A DNA stretch of 64,000 nucleotides from Thermogutta sp. (GTDB lineage Bacteria; Planctomycetota; Planctomycetia; Pirellulales; Thermoguttaceae): positions 70,121 to 134,120 of the forward strand of contig NZ_JBAMME010000199.1 in assembly GCF_039793925.1 (NCBI RefSeq), given 5' to 3'. The notes beneath the pieces were generated by a model. The model searched no databases, had not been told where the DNA came from, and saw only the letters and a program-made list of their open reading frames with translations. Below, piece after piece: positions 18,057 to 27,538 of this stretch. Numbering within the stretch: the stretch's first letter is position 1; each line of letters opens with the position of its first letter. The position numbers and the translations under genes are program-made.

Positions 18057-19373
18057 ATGCCTCTCTGGAAAATTGCCTGGCGAAGCATTCAACATCGGGC
18101 GGTGGCGTCGGCGCTCACGGCTTTCTCGATGGCCTTGGGCGTGGCCCTGGTGGTGGCGGTCCTGGTGATCTACCACGTGCTGGATCGTTCCTTTCGACGC
18201 AGTTCGCAGGGGTACGACATGATTGTCGGCTCCGCCAAGGGGGGGCCTTTGGAACTGGTGCTGAGTACCGTTTACTACCTCCAGCCGCCGCGGGGGACTA
18301 TTCCGTATCAAGTTTACGAAGACCTCCACCACGGCCAGTTTGCCACCGAGGTTGCGGCGGCCATTCCCGTATGCATCGGCGGCAGCTACGCCGGTTATCC
18401 GGTGATTGCCACCGTTCCCGAAATGTTTGAAGAGTTTCGTTACCTTGGCGACCGTCCCTATGAGTTCGAAGAAAATGGACGAAATTTCCGGCGTGATGCA
18501 CCATTTGAGGCCGTCATCGGGGCGACTGTGGCGCGGAAGGCGGGGCTGAAAGTCGGAGACACGTTCCGCGTCACGCATGGCTTCGGTTCCCAGGGTGGCC
18601 ATGAGCATCCCGAGGAATTCACAATCGTGGGGGTGCTTAAGCCCACCGGAACACCCAACGACCGCGGAATCTTTGTGAACATCGAAGGGTTCTGGAAGCT
18701 CCATCTCCACGACCAGCAGCAATCGGCAAGCTCGGAAGGGGAAACCCAGAGCGAAGAACATAACTCCGCAACGAGCTCCAGTCACGAGGAATCAGAGCCA
18801 GCTCACAGCGAAAACGAGAAGCTGCTGACGGCCGTTCTGGTAAAACGAGACTGGACAAATACGGCCAGGGCCTTGGCGCTCCCGCAACTTGTTGGCAAAG
18901 AGCCGGGCGTTCAATGCGTCATTCCCGCGGAGGAGGTCGCCAAACTGTTCGAAGGATTGCTGGGGAATATTCAGACCGTGCTGCTCATTTTCGCAGTGCT
19001 CATTGTGGTGGTGGCGGGGATCGGTCTGATGGTAAGCATTTACAACTCAATGAGTGAGCGACGCCTGGAAATCGCGATCATGCGGGCGCTGGGGGCCAAG
19101 CGTACCACGGTGATGGCGGTCATCCTGCTGGAGTCAATCCTCCTCTCACTCGGTGGTGGGGCTTTTGGGGTCTGTTTGGGCCACGGACTGATCGGCGCTT
19201 TTTCGGGCGTCATATTCGAAGAAACCGGAGTCCAGATTTCCGCCCTCAGTTTCCAGCCCATTGAGCTTGTTTTGGTTCCAGGACTGATTATTTTAGCCTC
19301 GATCGTGGGCTATTTGCCCGCCCTCATCGCGTACCGGACGGATGTTGCCCGGGCTCTGGCCTCTGGCGTCTGA
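18057..19373 (+). CDS. ABC transporter permease, FtsX/MacB-like, with a large periplasmic domain
   Basis: N-terminal TM helix and a periplasmic domain carrying an acidic Ser-rich insertion (SSEGETQSEEHNSATSSSHEESEPAHSENE). C-terminal FtsX-type helices follow (SERRLEIAIMRALGAKR...). Confidence 0.8.
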   Translation: MPLWKIAWRSIQHRAVASALTAFSMALGVALVVAVLVIYHVLDRSFRRSSQGYDMIVGSAKGGPLELVLSTVYYLQPPRGTIPYQVYEDLHHGQFATEVAAAIPVCIGGSYAGYPVIATVPEMFEEFRYLGDRPYEFEENGRNFRRDAPFEAVIGATVARKAGLKVGDTFRVTHGFGSQGGHEHPEEFTIVGVLKPTGTPNDRGIFVNIEGFWKLHLHDQQQSASSEGETQSEEHNSATSSSHEESEPAHSENEKLLTAVLVKRDWTNTARALALPQLVGKEPGVQCVIPAEEVAKLFEGLLGNIQTVLLIFAVLIVVVAGIGLMVSIYNSMSERRLEIAIMRALGAKRTTVMAVILLESILLSLGGGAFGVCLGHGLIGAFSGVIFEETGVQISALSFQPIELVLVPGLIILASIVGYLPALIAYRTDVARALASGV

Positions 19374-19573
19374 TCTGGTCCCTCGGGAGTTGCAGGGGGT
19401 CTGCCATCTCGATGGCACAAGTTGCCGTATCCGCCGGGCCGGAACTTTTCTGTGGCGGTCGGGTTAATTTCCATTGGAGAGTGGTGGACGCTCTCCGGTC
19501 GGCAGCGGCTCAACAAACCCGACCCGTAGGATCTTCTTTGAGGTGTCGTGTTGCACATGTGGAGGATTGTCAG

Positions 19574-20314
19574 ATGAGGATGCGTGCGTGGACAGCAGTG
19601 CTGGTGTTTGGTTTGGGAGTAGCATTGGTCGCGGGAACAGCTCTTGCTCAGCCGCCGGGAGGACGGGGCGGACAGCGGGGACCGGGCGGCCCCTTCGGCT
19701 TCGGCCCAAGTGGCGGCATGGGCGTCCAGTTCCTCCTGCGGTCTGAAAAGATCCAAAAGGAGCTGGAGTTGACAGATGACCAGAAGGCCCAGCTCCAAAA
19801 GATTGCCGAGCAAGCTCGGGAGAAAATGCGAGAGGCATTCCAGAGTGGCCAGCGCGACCCACAACGGTTCCGTCAGCTGCAGGAAGAAACCAACAAGGCC
19901 ATTCAGAATGTCCTTCTGCCCCATCAGCAGAAGCGGTTAAACCAGATTCAACTCCAGTTGGGTGGAATCGCCGCGGCTGTGGAGCGGGAAGATGTTCGGA
20001 AGGAGTTGGGCATCAGTGAGGAGCAACTCACAAAGATCCGCGAGGCCCGCGACAAGGTTCGTGAGGAGCTTCGCGGCCAGCGCCCGCAGCAGGGTGAGCG
20101 TCCTGATCCCGCTCAGATGCGTGAGCGCTTCCGCGAAATGCGGCAAAAGGTAGAGGAAGCCGTGCTCGGTCAGCTCACCGAGGAGCAGAAGAAGAAATGG
20201 AACGAGATGATCGGTGAGAAGATCGACATCGACTTCAGCGAGCTGTTCCCCGCCCCGGCGGGTGGCCCCGGTGGCCCGGGCGGCCAACGTGGCGGTGGCA
20301 ATCGGGGAACGTGA
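19574..20314 (+). CDS. Secreted helical LTXXQ-repeat protein (Spy/CpxP-like) with Gly-rich termini
   Basis: GGAGGA SD 7 nt before ATG 19574. Signal peptide MRMRAWTAVLVFGLGVALVAGTALA. Repeated L(T/S)xxQ units (LELTDDQKAQL, LGISEEQLTKI, LTEEQKKKW). Both mature ends are GGRGGQRGPGGP-type. Confidence 0.6.
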   Translation: MRMRAWTAVLVFGLGVALVAGTALAQPPGGRGGQRGPGGPFGFGPSGGMGVQFLLRSEKIQKELELTDDQKAQLQKIAEQAREKMREAFQSGQRDPQRFRQLQEETNKAIQNVLLPHQQKRLNQIQLQLGGIAAAVEREDVRKELGISEEQLTKIREARDKVREELRGQRPQQGERPDPAQMRERFREMRQKVEEAVLGQLTEEQKKKWNEMIGEKIDIDFSELFPAPAGGPGGPGGQRGGGNRGT

Positions 20315-20352
20315 TCCCCTGATCGAGGAATATCCGCGGGCATGAGTAACCA

Positions 20353-20421
20353 GGGGCCCGTTCCTAGACAAGCGATTTGATCAGTATTTTGATCGTATTA
20401 ATGTCTCAACGAACGGGCCCC
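20353..20421. repeat. 11-bp perfect inverted repeat enclosing a TTTGATC direct repeat
   Basis: GGGGCCCGTTC (20353-20363) and GAACGGGCCCC (20411-20421). The 47-nt spacer contains TTTGATCAGTATTTTGATCG. A T-rich tract follows. Confidence 0.7.
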
Positions 20422-20844
20422 GATTCTTTGGCTTTTGGTTCACCTGCGGCTTTCTGGACAGATAGTTGCGGAACCTCATGAGGGTATCGGCTGTGAAATT
20501 GGAGGGGGACGATGGTGCGGGGACAAGTGCGCTGAGTCCCTTAATGGCAATCCTTAAGTGAGCGAATTTCGCTCATGACGGGGCCGGCTGTCTTTCACAC
20601 CGTACCATACCCGCCTGAGATGGGCATTGTCTTACCTGCCTTGTTGGGATCATATTGAGGTCGAGCCGGTACTCGGTCGTCGGGGTCAGCAACGACCGGG
20701 AGGCCCTGGTGTGGAAGCAGAGAGCAGACCCGGGCCGAGTAGATGGAGGTTCGTGGAAAGAACGAGCGCTCCCCGTTCTTTGCGCAGCGTCCTGAACCAC
20801 GGGACGTGCAGGGAGCGAGTCGTTTGACGAAGAGTGACGTTTCG

Positions 20845-22548
20845 ATGGAAGCAGGCGAAATCCTCGTGCGAAAAGGACTTTTGACTCCGCAGCAATTGCA
20901 GCTCGCCCGGCGAAACCAGGGCGAAGGACGACGTCTCGATCAGGCCGCCGTGGGGCTGGGGTTGCTGACGGAAGAGGAAGCGCTCCGCGCGCTGGGAGAA
21001 GAGCTCGGCATCGAGTATGTGGATTTGTCCGAAGTCAAAATCGACCCCAGCATTCTGCGGAATTTCCCGGTTAAATTCATCTATCGCGAATCGCTGTTCC
21101 CCATCAAGGACGAGAATGGCACCCTGGTGGTTGCCACGAGCGATCCGTTTAATCTTTATCCGCTTGATGAACTGGCCACCGCAACGGGGAAAACCGTCAT
21201 CCCCGTTCTTGCCTCTCGTGCGGAAATCGCCAAGCTCATTAAGACGTATCTCGGAGTGGGCGGGGAGACAATCGACGAATTGATTGCCCAGAGTCAACAG
21301 GAAGAAGAAAACCAGATCGAATTACTGGAAGAAATTGAGACGGATGGCTCGGAGCTTTCCCAGCTTGCCCAGGAACCGTCGGTCGTTCGGCTGGTGAACG
21401 AAATTCTCCTGGAGGCGATTGAGCTGCGGGCCAGCGACGTCCACATCGAATCGCAGCCCTCGGGGTTGAAAATCCGTTACCGTATCGACGGTGTTCTCCA
21501 TCCACAGCCCGTTCCTCCTGAGATTAATCGATTCCAGGCGGCCATCATCAGCCGTCTAAAAATTATGGCCCGCCTTAATATTGCGGAGCGTCGTCTCCCG
21601 CAAGATGGCCGAATCCAACTGCGAGTGGCGGGGCGCGAAGTGGACGTGCGCGTGTCGGTAATTCCCATGATCCATGGCGAGGGAGTTGTGCTCCGTCTGC
21701 TTGACAAAGGAGCGATGGAGTTCAATCTCCGTAAACTGGGCATGGAAGAGGATGTCTATCAGAAATTCCACGAATTGATCAACTTGCCCCACGGGATCAT
21801 TCTGGTGACCGGTCCGACGGGTTCTGGTAAGACAACCACGCTCTACAGCGCACTGTTAGAAATTCGCGACGAATCGATCAAAATCATCACCACCGAAGAC
21901 CCTGTCGAATATCAGTTGGAAGGAATCAACCAGATCCAGGTGCACCCCAAAATCGGGTTGACTTTTGCCAACTCGCTGAGAAGCATCCTCCGGCACGACC
22001 CGGATGTCATTCTGGTGGGCGAAATCCGTGACCTAGAAACCGCGGAGAACGCCATCCAGGCATCCTTGACCGGTCACCTGGTGTTCAGCACTCTGCACAC
22101 CAATGATGCGGCGGGGGCCTTCACTCGCTTAACCGATATGGGGGTGGAACCGTTCCTGGTGTCGAGCACAGTCGAGGCGGTGATGGCCCAGCGGTTGGTC
22201 CGCACACTGTGTCCGGAATGCAAAGAACCGTATCGGCCAAAACCCGAGGAACTGCCTCGCGATTTCCCCAGGGAAATCCTCGAGGAAGGTGTCCTGCTTT
22301 ATCGGGCGGTTGGATGTCGAGCGTGCCGACATGTGGGATATAAAGGGCGGATCGGTATCTTCGAGCTCCTGGTCAGCAGCGAGCGCATTCGGGAACTCGC
22401 TCACGATAGGGCCAGCAGTTGGGCGATCCGACAGGCTGCTATTGAAGAAGGGATGATCACCCTTCGTCAGGACGCTTGGCGGAAAGTTTTGAGCGGTCGG
22501 ACTACAATTGAAGAGATAGACCGCGTCACCCGCCCGGATGAGCATTAG
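20845..22548 (+). CDS. gspE: Type II secretion / type IV pilus assembly ATPase (GspE/PilB family)
   Basis: N-terminal T2SSE_N-like domain ([20 protein letters not shown]), Walker [11 protein letters not shown], Asp box, Walker B ILVGEIRD, His box, and a tetracysteine motif CPECKEPY ... [12 protein letters not shown]. Confidence 0.9.
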   Translation: MEAGEILVRKGLLTPQQLQLARRNQGEGRRLDQAAVGLGLLTEEEALRALGEELGIEYVDLSEVKIDPSILRNFPVKFIYRESLFPIKDENGTLVVATSDPFNLYPLDELATATGKTVIPVLASRAEIAKLIKTYLGVGGETIDELIAQSQQEEENQIELLEEIETDGSELSQLAQEPSVVRLVNEILLEAIELRASDVHIESQPSGLKIRYRIDGVLHPQPVPPEINRFQAAIISRLKIMARLNIAERRLPQDGRIQLRVAGREVDVRVSVIPMIHGEGVVLRLLDKGAMEFNLRKLGMEEDVYQKFHELINLPHGIILVTGPTGSGKTTTLYSALLEIRDESIKIITTEDPVEYQLEGINQIQVHPKIGLTFANSLRSILRHDPDVILVGEIRDLETAENAIQASLTGHLVFSTLHTNDAAGAFTRLTDMGVEPFLVSSTVEAVMAQRLVRTLCPECKEPYRPKPEELPRDFPREILEEGVLLYRAVGCRACRHVGYKGRIGIFELLVSSERIRELAHDRASSWAIRQAAIEEGMITLRQDAWRKVLSGRTTIEEIDRVTRPDEH

Positions 22549-22727
22549 ACAGCTCGGTTTTCGATTTGTCGTAATGGGATGAATCGTAATGCGGCATCCG
22601 TTCCTGAAATGGATGGCACGGTAGTCGCCAAAGTGGGCGGGTGTGACCAGAGCTTTGAAAAATAGAGTGGCGGTACGTCATCGTCGGTGCGGGTGCGGCC
22701 CGTCTGGCCCTCTCGTGCGGGGAAAAG

Positions 22728-23930
22728 ATGCCCGAGTACAGTTACGTCGCGGTTGACAGTAGCGGCAAGAAGGTGACCGGGTCGATCGAGGCGGCGACCC
22801 AGCGGGAAGCGCTTGCCACGATTGCCAGTCGGGAGCTTTATCCTGTCGAGATCCGTGCTGAGGCCCCGCCCCGACGTCTCTTTCAGCGCAGTCGCGTTCC
22901 TGCCCAAACCATGGCCGTGGTCTACGGTCAGCTCGCTGACCTCCTGCGCAGCGGCGTTCCCCTGTTGAAGGCGCTGCAAATTGTCCGCGCGCAGTCTATT
23001 CATCCGGTGCTTAAAGAAGTTCTGGGCGAAGTGGCCCGGCGGGTGGAAGACGGAGCAGGGCTGGGCGATGCCATGGCCCGTTTCCCGCACATCTTCAGCG
23101 AAATGGCCGTGAGCATGGTGCGGGCGGGAACCGAAGGCGGTTTTTTGGAAGAGGCCCTCTACCGCGTCTCGGAATTTACCGAAGCCACAGAGGATTTGCG
23201 GAAGCGCGTCAAAGGGGCGATGGCGTATCCCGTCATGCTGATGATCATCGGCACGATTGTGGTGAGCGCCCTGTTGGTCTTTCTTGTGCCGAAGTTTGAG
23301 GGGCTCTTTGAAAATCTCCGCAACCGGAACGAGCTACCCGCCTTGACCGAAGGGCTACTCTCCTTCAGTGCCTTCCTCCAATCCTGGGGGCTTTGGGTTG
23401 CGGGCGGAGTCGTGGTGGTAATTATGGCACTCCGTACATGGCTGCGAAGTGAATCGGGTCGCCGAGTTTGGGACCAATACATCATCAAGGTGCCCATTTT
23501 GGGGACGATCGTTCTGAACTTTGCGGTTGCCCGGTTTTGCCGCGTTTTGGGAACTTTGTTACGGAATGGCGTTCAGATCCTGCGAGCCCTGGAGATTGCG
23601 AGCGAAGCGACGGGAAACGTTCTTTTGGCGGAAGCAATTCAGAAAGCCGCCAAAAGCATTTCTCAGGGCCAGCGATTGGCGGTGCCCCTCGCCAGTTGCC
23701 GGCTCTTTCCTCCAATGGTGATCGAGATGATCTCAGTGGCAGAAGAGGCCAACACGCTGGAAACCGTCCTCATACAAATTGCGGAGGCCCTGGAGCGGAG
23801 AACATGGCGTCAGCTCGATGTGGGGGTGCGGTTGCTCGAGCCGATTCTCCTCCTCCTCGTGGCGTCCGGGGTTTTGGTGGTGGTCGTGGCCCTGCTTCTG
23901 CCTATCTTCAAGATGAGCCAAGCGATTTAG
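22728..23930 (+). CDS. gspF: Type II secretion system inner-membrane platform protein (GspF/PilC family)
   Basis: 400 aa with a duplicated T2SSF domain architecture and three TM helices. Typical N-terminus MPEYSYVAVDSSGKKVTGSIEA. Confidence 0.9.
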   Translation: MPEYSYVAVDSSGKKVTGSIEAATQREALATIASRELYPVEIRAEAPPRRLFQRSRVPAQTMAVVYGQLADLLRSGVPLLKALQIVRAQSIHPVLKEVLGEVARRVEDGAGLGDAMARFPHIFSEMAVSMVRAGTEGGFLEEALYRVSEFTEATEDLRKRVKGAMAYPVMLMIIGTIVVSALLVFLVPKFEGLFENLRNRNELPALTEGLLSFSAFLQSWGLWVAGGVVVVIMALRTWLRSESGRRVWDQYIIKVPILGTIVLNFAVARFCRVLGTLLRNGVQILRALEIASEATGNVLLAEAIQKAAKSISQGQRLAVPLASCRLFPPMVIEMISVAEEANTLETVLIQIAEALERRTWRQLDVGVRLLEPILLLLVASGVLVVVVALLLPIFKMSQAI

Positions 23931-24141
23931 CCGGCAAAGTCGGCCACGGCCGCGTGACGACAGCGATCTGCATACGGTGGCCTTCAATTTTGGGGGCCTA
24001 TCCCCTTCGATAATGGGGCGAAGCGTTTTCGCGTGGGAAGCGTTAGTATTTTTGGAGGGATGACTTGAAGGGACCGGCGGAAAGGGGTATATGCCCAACC
24101 GGAGAAGGGAAGAAGGTCTGATAAAGAAGGATGAGGTTGTG

Positions 24142-24594
24142 ATGAAGCCAACGACTATTTGGAAAGTGGAGATGAATCGGGAACGCCGGCGAGGCTTGAC
24201 CCTCATTGAAGTTCTCATTGTGCTGACGATTCTCCTGGTGATCGCTTCGCTGGCGGTGACAAACCTCATTCCGATGCAGCGTCGGGCGTACGAAAATGCG
24301 GCCCGGACGCAGATTAAGGCGTTTGAACAGGCCTGTGACGCCTATTATCTTGACCTCAACGATTATCCTCCCTCGCTGGATGCGCTAATCATGCCACCTG
24401 CGGACCTTCCTGATCCGACCAAGTGGAATGGGCCTTATCTGAATGCCCAAGCCGTGCCGTTGGATCCGTGGCAGCATGAGTACCTGTACATGTATCCACC
24501 TCAGCACAATACGACAGGCCGGCCCGACATCTGGTCCATGGGCCCCGACGGGGTGGATGGCACAGAAGATGACATCACAAATTGGGGCCAGTAA
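24142..24594 (+). CDS. gspG: Type II secretion major pseudopilin GspG
   Basis: Prepilin leader and cleavage motif RRG/LTLIEVLIVLTIL. GspG core IKAFEQACDAYYLDLNDYP ... DPWQHEYLY ... GPDGVDGTEDDITNW. GAGG SD 5 nt before ATG 24142. Confidence 0.85.
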   Translation: MKPTTIWKVEMNRERRRGLTLIEVLIVLTILLVIASLAVTNLIPMQRRAYENAARTQIKAFEQACDAYYLDLNDYPPSLDALIMPPADLPDPTKWNGPYLNAQAVPLDPWQHEYLYMYPPQHNTTGRPDIWSMGPDGVDGTEDDITNWGQ

Positions 24595-24615
24595 AGGGGT
24601 AACGCCGGGAACGGC

Positions 24616-25473
24616 TTGATCATTTCAAACTATGAGAACCACGTTATGGGACTTCACCGCCTCGTTTCACCGGTCGGCATGCCCGCCCGCGTCTTGCTGG
24701 CTTGCCATCAGAGCCAGCAGGAACTCTTTGGATTAAAGTCGCGTTGGGAGCGACCAGTGCGGCGAGGTTTCACGCTTGTCGAAATCATCATCGTTCTGGG
24801 AATTATCGTGATCATCGGTGGCTTGGTGCTGACGGCCATTCAGAAGCCGATGGCGGGCCGACGTCTCCAGCTCGCGGCTGATCAGATTCGGGTGGAATGG
24901 GCCCGGGCGCGGAGTCGAGCCATGGCCAGTGGTCGAATTTATTGCTTCATCTGCGAAGTGGGGGGAAGCGGATACGCCGTCCAGCCATGGAGTGACGCGG
25001 GAATCGAATCCGCCGGACTTACGGAGGCGGATCAGTCGCTGCCACCACTGGATAGTGGAAGCGCTGCCGGGTCATCGCTCCTGGGTTCGCAGAGTGGCAA
25101 CATGGGCTTGGACACTGTGATCACCGGTCGGAAAGAATTGCCGGAAAAGATCACATTCGCGGACATGCAGGTGATGGACTCCAACTTGAGCGCCACCTTT
25201 TCAGAAGACGTGACCGGTTTGGGAGCGGACGCATCCATCATGGGAGCTCTGGGGACGGGCACTCCCACAGGAGGCACCGCTTCCGGTACCACCATCTTCT
25301 TTTTTCCGGATGGATCGACCAGTTCGGCCCTTCTGACGCTGCAAAACGAGTATGGACGGCGGATTGATATCTCGCTTCGTGGGCTGACCGGCTCTGTCCT
25401 GGTTGGCGATCCTTACAACGGAGAGCATGAGGAGGGCACCACACTGGTCGGGCAGCAGGGCTCTTTGCCATGA
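24616..25473 (+). CDS. Minor pseudopilin, GspH-like (assigned by position and prepilin N-terminus)
   Basis: Prepilin-type motif RRG/FTLVEIIIVLGIIVIIGG. The long N-terminal leader in the ORF track is probably over-extended. The stop overlaps the next start (ATGA). Confidence 0.6.
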   Translation: MIISNYENHVMGLHRLVSPVGMPARVLLACHQSQQELFGLKSRWERPVRRGFTLVEIIIVLGIIVIIGGLVLTAIQKPMAGRRLQLAADQIRVEWARARSRAMASGRIYCFICEVGGSGYAVQPWSDAGIESAGLTEADQSLPPLDSGSAAGSSLLGSQSGNMGLDTVITGRKELPEKITFADMQVMDSNLSATFSEDVTGLGADASIMGALGTGTPTGGTASGTTIFFFPDGSTSSALLTLQNEYGRRIDISLRGLTGSVLVGDPYNGEHEEGTTLVGQQGSLP

Positions 25474-25991
25474 CCACCGCAGCGAACACGATTGTCCGAA
25501 AGAGTTACCGCAGGCGGGAATCTCGGGGCTTCACGATCCTGGAGGTGATCCTTGCACTTGCCATTCTTTTAACGTCATTGGCAGCGATCGGACAACTCGT
25601 GTACAACGCGTATCGAAATGCTGCGCGGGTCCGGGATCTCACGCGAGCGCAACTCATCGCGGAGGCAATTCTGGCGCAGCTTAATGCGGGAGCGCTGCCG
25701 CTGGAAACCGTGGCTGATGCTCCGGTCGAAGACATTGACGACACGGCAGAACCAGGATGGCTTTACACTGTGGACATTGCCCCGCTGGAGTTGGATGGGC
25801 TGCTCAGTGTGCAGGTGATCGTGGCCCAGGACCCGAGCATGGTGGCCCATCCGGTTCAGTACAGCCTGACGCAATGGATGCTCGATCCTACGATGGAATT
25901 TACTCAACCTGGCGAACAGGAGAGTGCGGGGACAATGTCGGCTGGCTCCGCCGGGAGCGGCTCCGGGTCGGCGGAAACATCAAACGAGTAA
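25470..25991 (+). CDS. Minor pseudopilin, GspI-like
   Basis: Prepilin motif SRG/FTILEVILALAIL followed by AQLIAEAILAQL. 4-nt start/stop overlap with the upstream gene. Confidence 0.6.
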   Translation: MTTAANTIVRKSYRRRESRGFTILEVILALAILLTSLAAIGQLVYNAYRNAARVRDLTRAQLIAEAILAQLNAGALPLETVADAPVEDIDDTAEPGWLYTVDIAPLELDGLLSVQVIVAQDPSMVAHPVQYSLTQWMLDPTMEFTQPGEQESAGTMSAGSAGSGSGSAETSNE

Positions 25992-26034
25992 GTGCAGTGG
26001 GGTGGGTCAGTGCATTGAAAGCCTGGCAAAGATC

Positions 26035-27471
26035 ATGAGTGACGCAAGCGGCATCCATGGGAGAAGATCCGGCGGGCCTGGGCGGTATCGCCCCGACTGG
26101 TTGCTGAGGGACCGTGGGTTCACGCTGCTGGAAGTCATCGTGGCCTTGGGGTTGGTCGCGATTCTTCTCGCTGCGCTCGGAGCCGCGGTGGACTTCCACT
26201 ACCGAGTCGTTCAGAAGGCCCGGGCCCAGGTGGAGGAAGCCCAACTTGCTCGCACCCTTCTGGAACGCATTGCCCAGGACATCCGGGGCGCGGTGCCGTA
26301 TGATCCAGTCAATTTTGAGAAGCTCATCCCTGGCCTGGTTACCCAAGCGGCACAGAGTGATCTGTCGTCACTTGCCGGCGCTGCAGGTTTGGATAGCGAA
26401 TTGTTGGGGGAATTAACCGGCGGTAGCGATGTCAGTGAATTGGGCGGAGATTGGACCATGACGACGCTGCCCCGGTCGGTCCCGGGGTTGTACGGCGGAT
26501 CCGACTGGATCGAGGTAGATGTCAGCCGACTGCCTCGCCCAGACCAACTTTCCTCGGAAATCATGTTGTCCTCAGAAGGTCTTTTCATCGACCGCGTGAG
26601 TGATGTGAAAACGGTAGCCTACTTTGTCGTTTCGCCCGAGGAAACGATTAACTATTCATTCGCGGCTATGCCGGGCATAACCGGGTTTGAAGAGCAGGGG
26701 GGACTGGTACGGCGGGAACTGGACCGGGCGGTCACGGTCTGGGCAGCACAAACCGGTGAGCTCGACACGATTGACCAGCAACTCCAGCCCATCGCTCCCG
26801 AAGTGGCAGCCATCCAGTTCGCTTACTTTGATGGCTCAGGATGGACCGACTCATGGGACTCAGGCTCCCAGGGGTGCCTTCCTAAAGCGGTGGAAATACG
26901 CCTGTATCTGCGTCCGAAATCGGTCGGCCTTGACGAGACCTTTTCCGCTCCTTCCTCTTCGTCCGGCACGCTCACGGACGTGTCTTCTGAGGGCGTAAGC
27001 GGAATGGCGAGTACCAGTTCAGGACTTCTGCTGGATACAAGTGCCTACCATGTGTATCGCACGGTGGTGTACTTGCCGGCTGCGCATGAAACCGGAACTC
27101 TTGGCGCGACGGCGGGGGCGGAAAGTACGGGTGGATCGGGCTCCGGTGAGGAAATGACGCCCGAGGAAGAAAGTATGGAAGAAACGCCACAGGAGCAGGC
27201 CCCTTCAGGAAGTGGGGGCACATCGGGATCGGGAGGTAGTCGATCGGGAGAATCAGGGCGTGACAGTGGTTCAGGCCGCGATGGCGGTGGGAGGAGTTCT
27301 GGGGAAGGTGGTCGGGGCGGTCCACCCCCAAGTCCCGGTCCCTCCGGAGGAGCGCCGCCGGGTGGGGTTGGTCCACCACCGTCGGGGTCCGGCGGTCCGC
27401 CGTCTGGCGCACCGGGAGGTTCGCCGGGCACTCCGCCGAGGGACTTTCCGCCGGGAGGGCCATCCCGATGA
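26035..27471 (+). CDS. Minor pseudopilin, GspJ-like, with a roughly 120-aa Gly/Ser/Pro-rich C-terminal tail
   Basis: Prepilin motif DRG/FTLLEVIVALGLVAILL. GspJ-like EEAQLARTLLERIAQDIRGAV ... AIQFAYFDGSGW ... LPKAVEIRLYL. The tail is GGSGSGEE ... GGPPPSPGPSGGAPPGGVGPPPSGSGGPPSGAPGGSPGTPP. Confidence 0.65.
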   Translation: MSDASGIHGRRSGGPGRYRPDWLLRDRGFTLLEVIVALGLVAILLAALGAAVDFHYRVVQKARAQVEEAQLARTLLERIAQDIRGAVPYDPVNFEKLIPGLVTQAAQSDLSSLAGAAGLDSELLGELTGGSDVSELGGDWTMTTLPRSVPGLYGGSDWIEVDVSRLPRPDQLSSEIMLSSEGLFIDRVSDVKTVAYFVVSPEETINYSFAAMPGITGFEEQGGLVRRELDRAVTVWAAQTGELDTIDQQLQPIAPEVAAIQFAYFDGSGWTDSWDSGSQGCLPKAVEIRLYLRPKSVGLDETFSAPSSSSGTLTDVSSEGVSGMASTSSGLLLDTSAYHVYRTVVYLPAAHETGTLGATAGAESTGGSGSGEEMTPEEESMEETPQEQAPSGSGGTSGSGGSRSGESGRDSGSGRDGGGRSSGEGGRGGPPPSPGPSGGAPPGGVGPPPSGSGGPPSGAPGGSPGTPPRDFPPGGPSR

Positions 27472-27538
27472 TTTGGCTGATTCGAGAGGTCTTCATACAT
27501 GAGCGGACGCTTTATGTGACTGCTCTGCTGGGCGCGAT

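Noticed and set aside
17302-18785. Minus-strand ORFs 17302-18054 (250 aa) and 18051-18785 (244 aa)
   Set aside because: They are antisense to the ABC ATPase and permease genes, which carry clear Walker and FtsX motifs. The antisense products have no recognisable features.
19413-19426. TGGCACAAGTTGCC, which looks like a sigma-54 promoter, upstream of the LTXXQ gene
   Set aside because: The GG and GC dinucleotides are two nt too close (3-nt instead of 5-nt spacer). Sigma-54 spacing is strict, so I do not call it.
20686-21297. 203-aa minus-strand ORF overlapping the gspE 5' region
   Set aside because: It is antisense to a well-supported GspE N-terminal domain and has no motifs.
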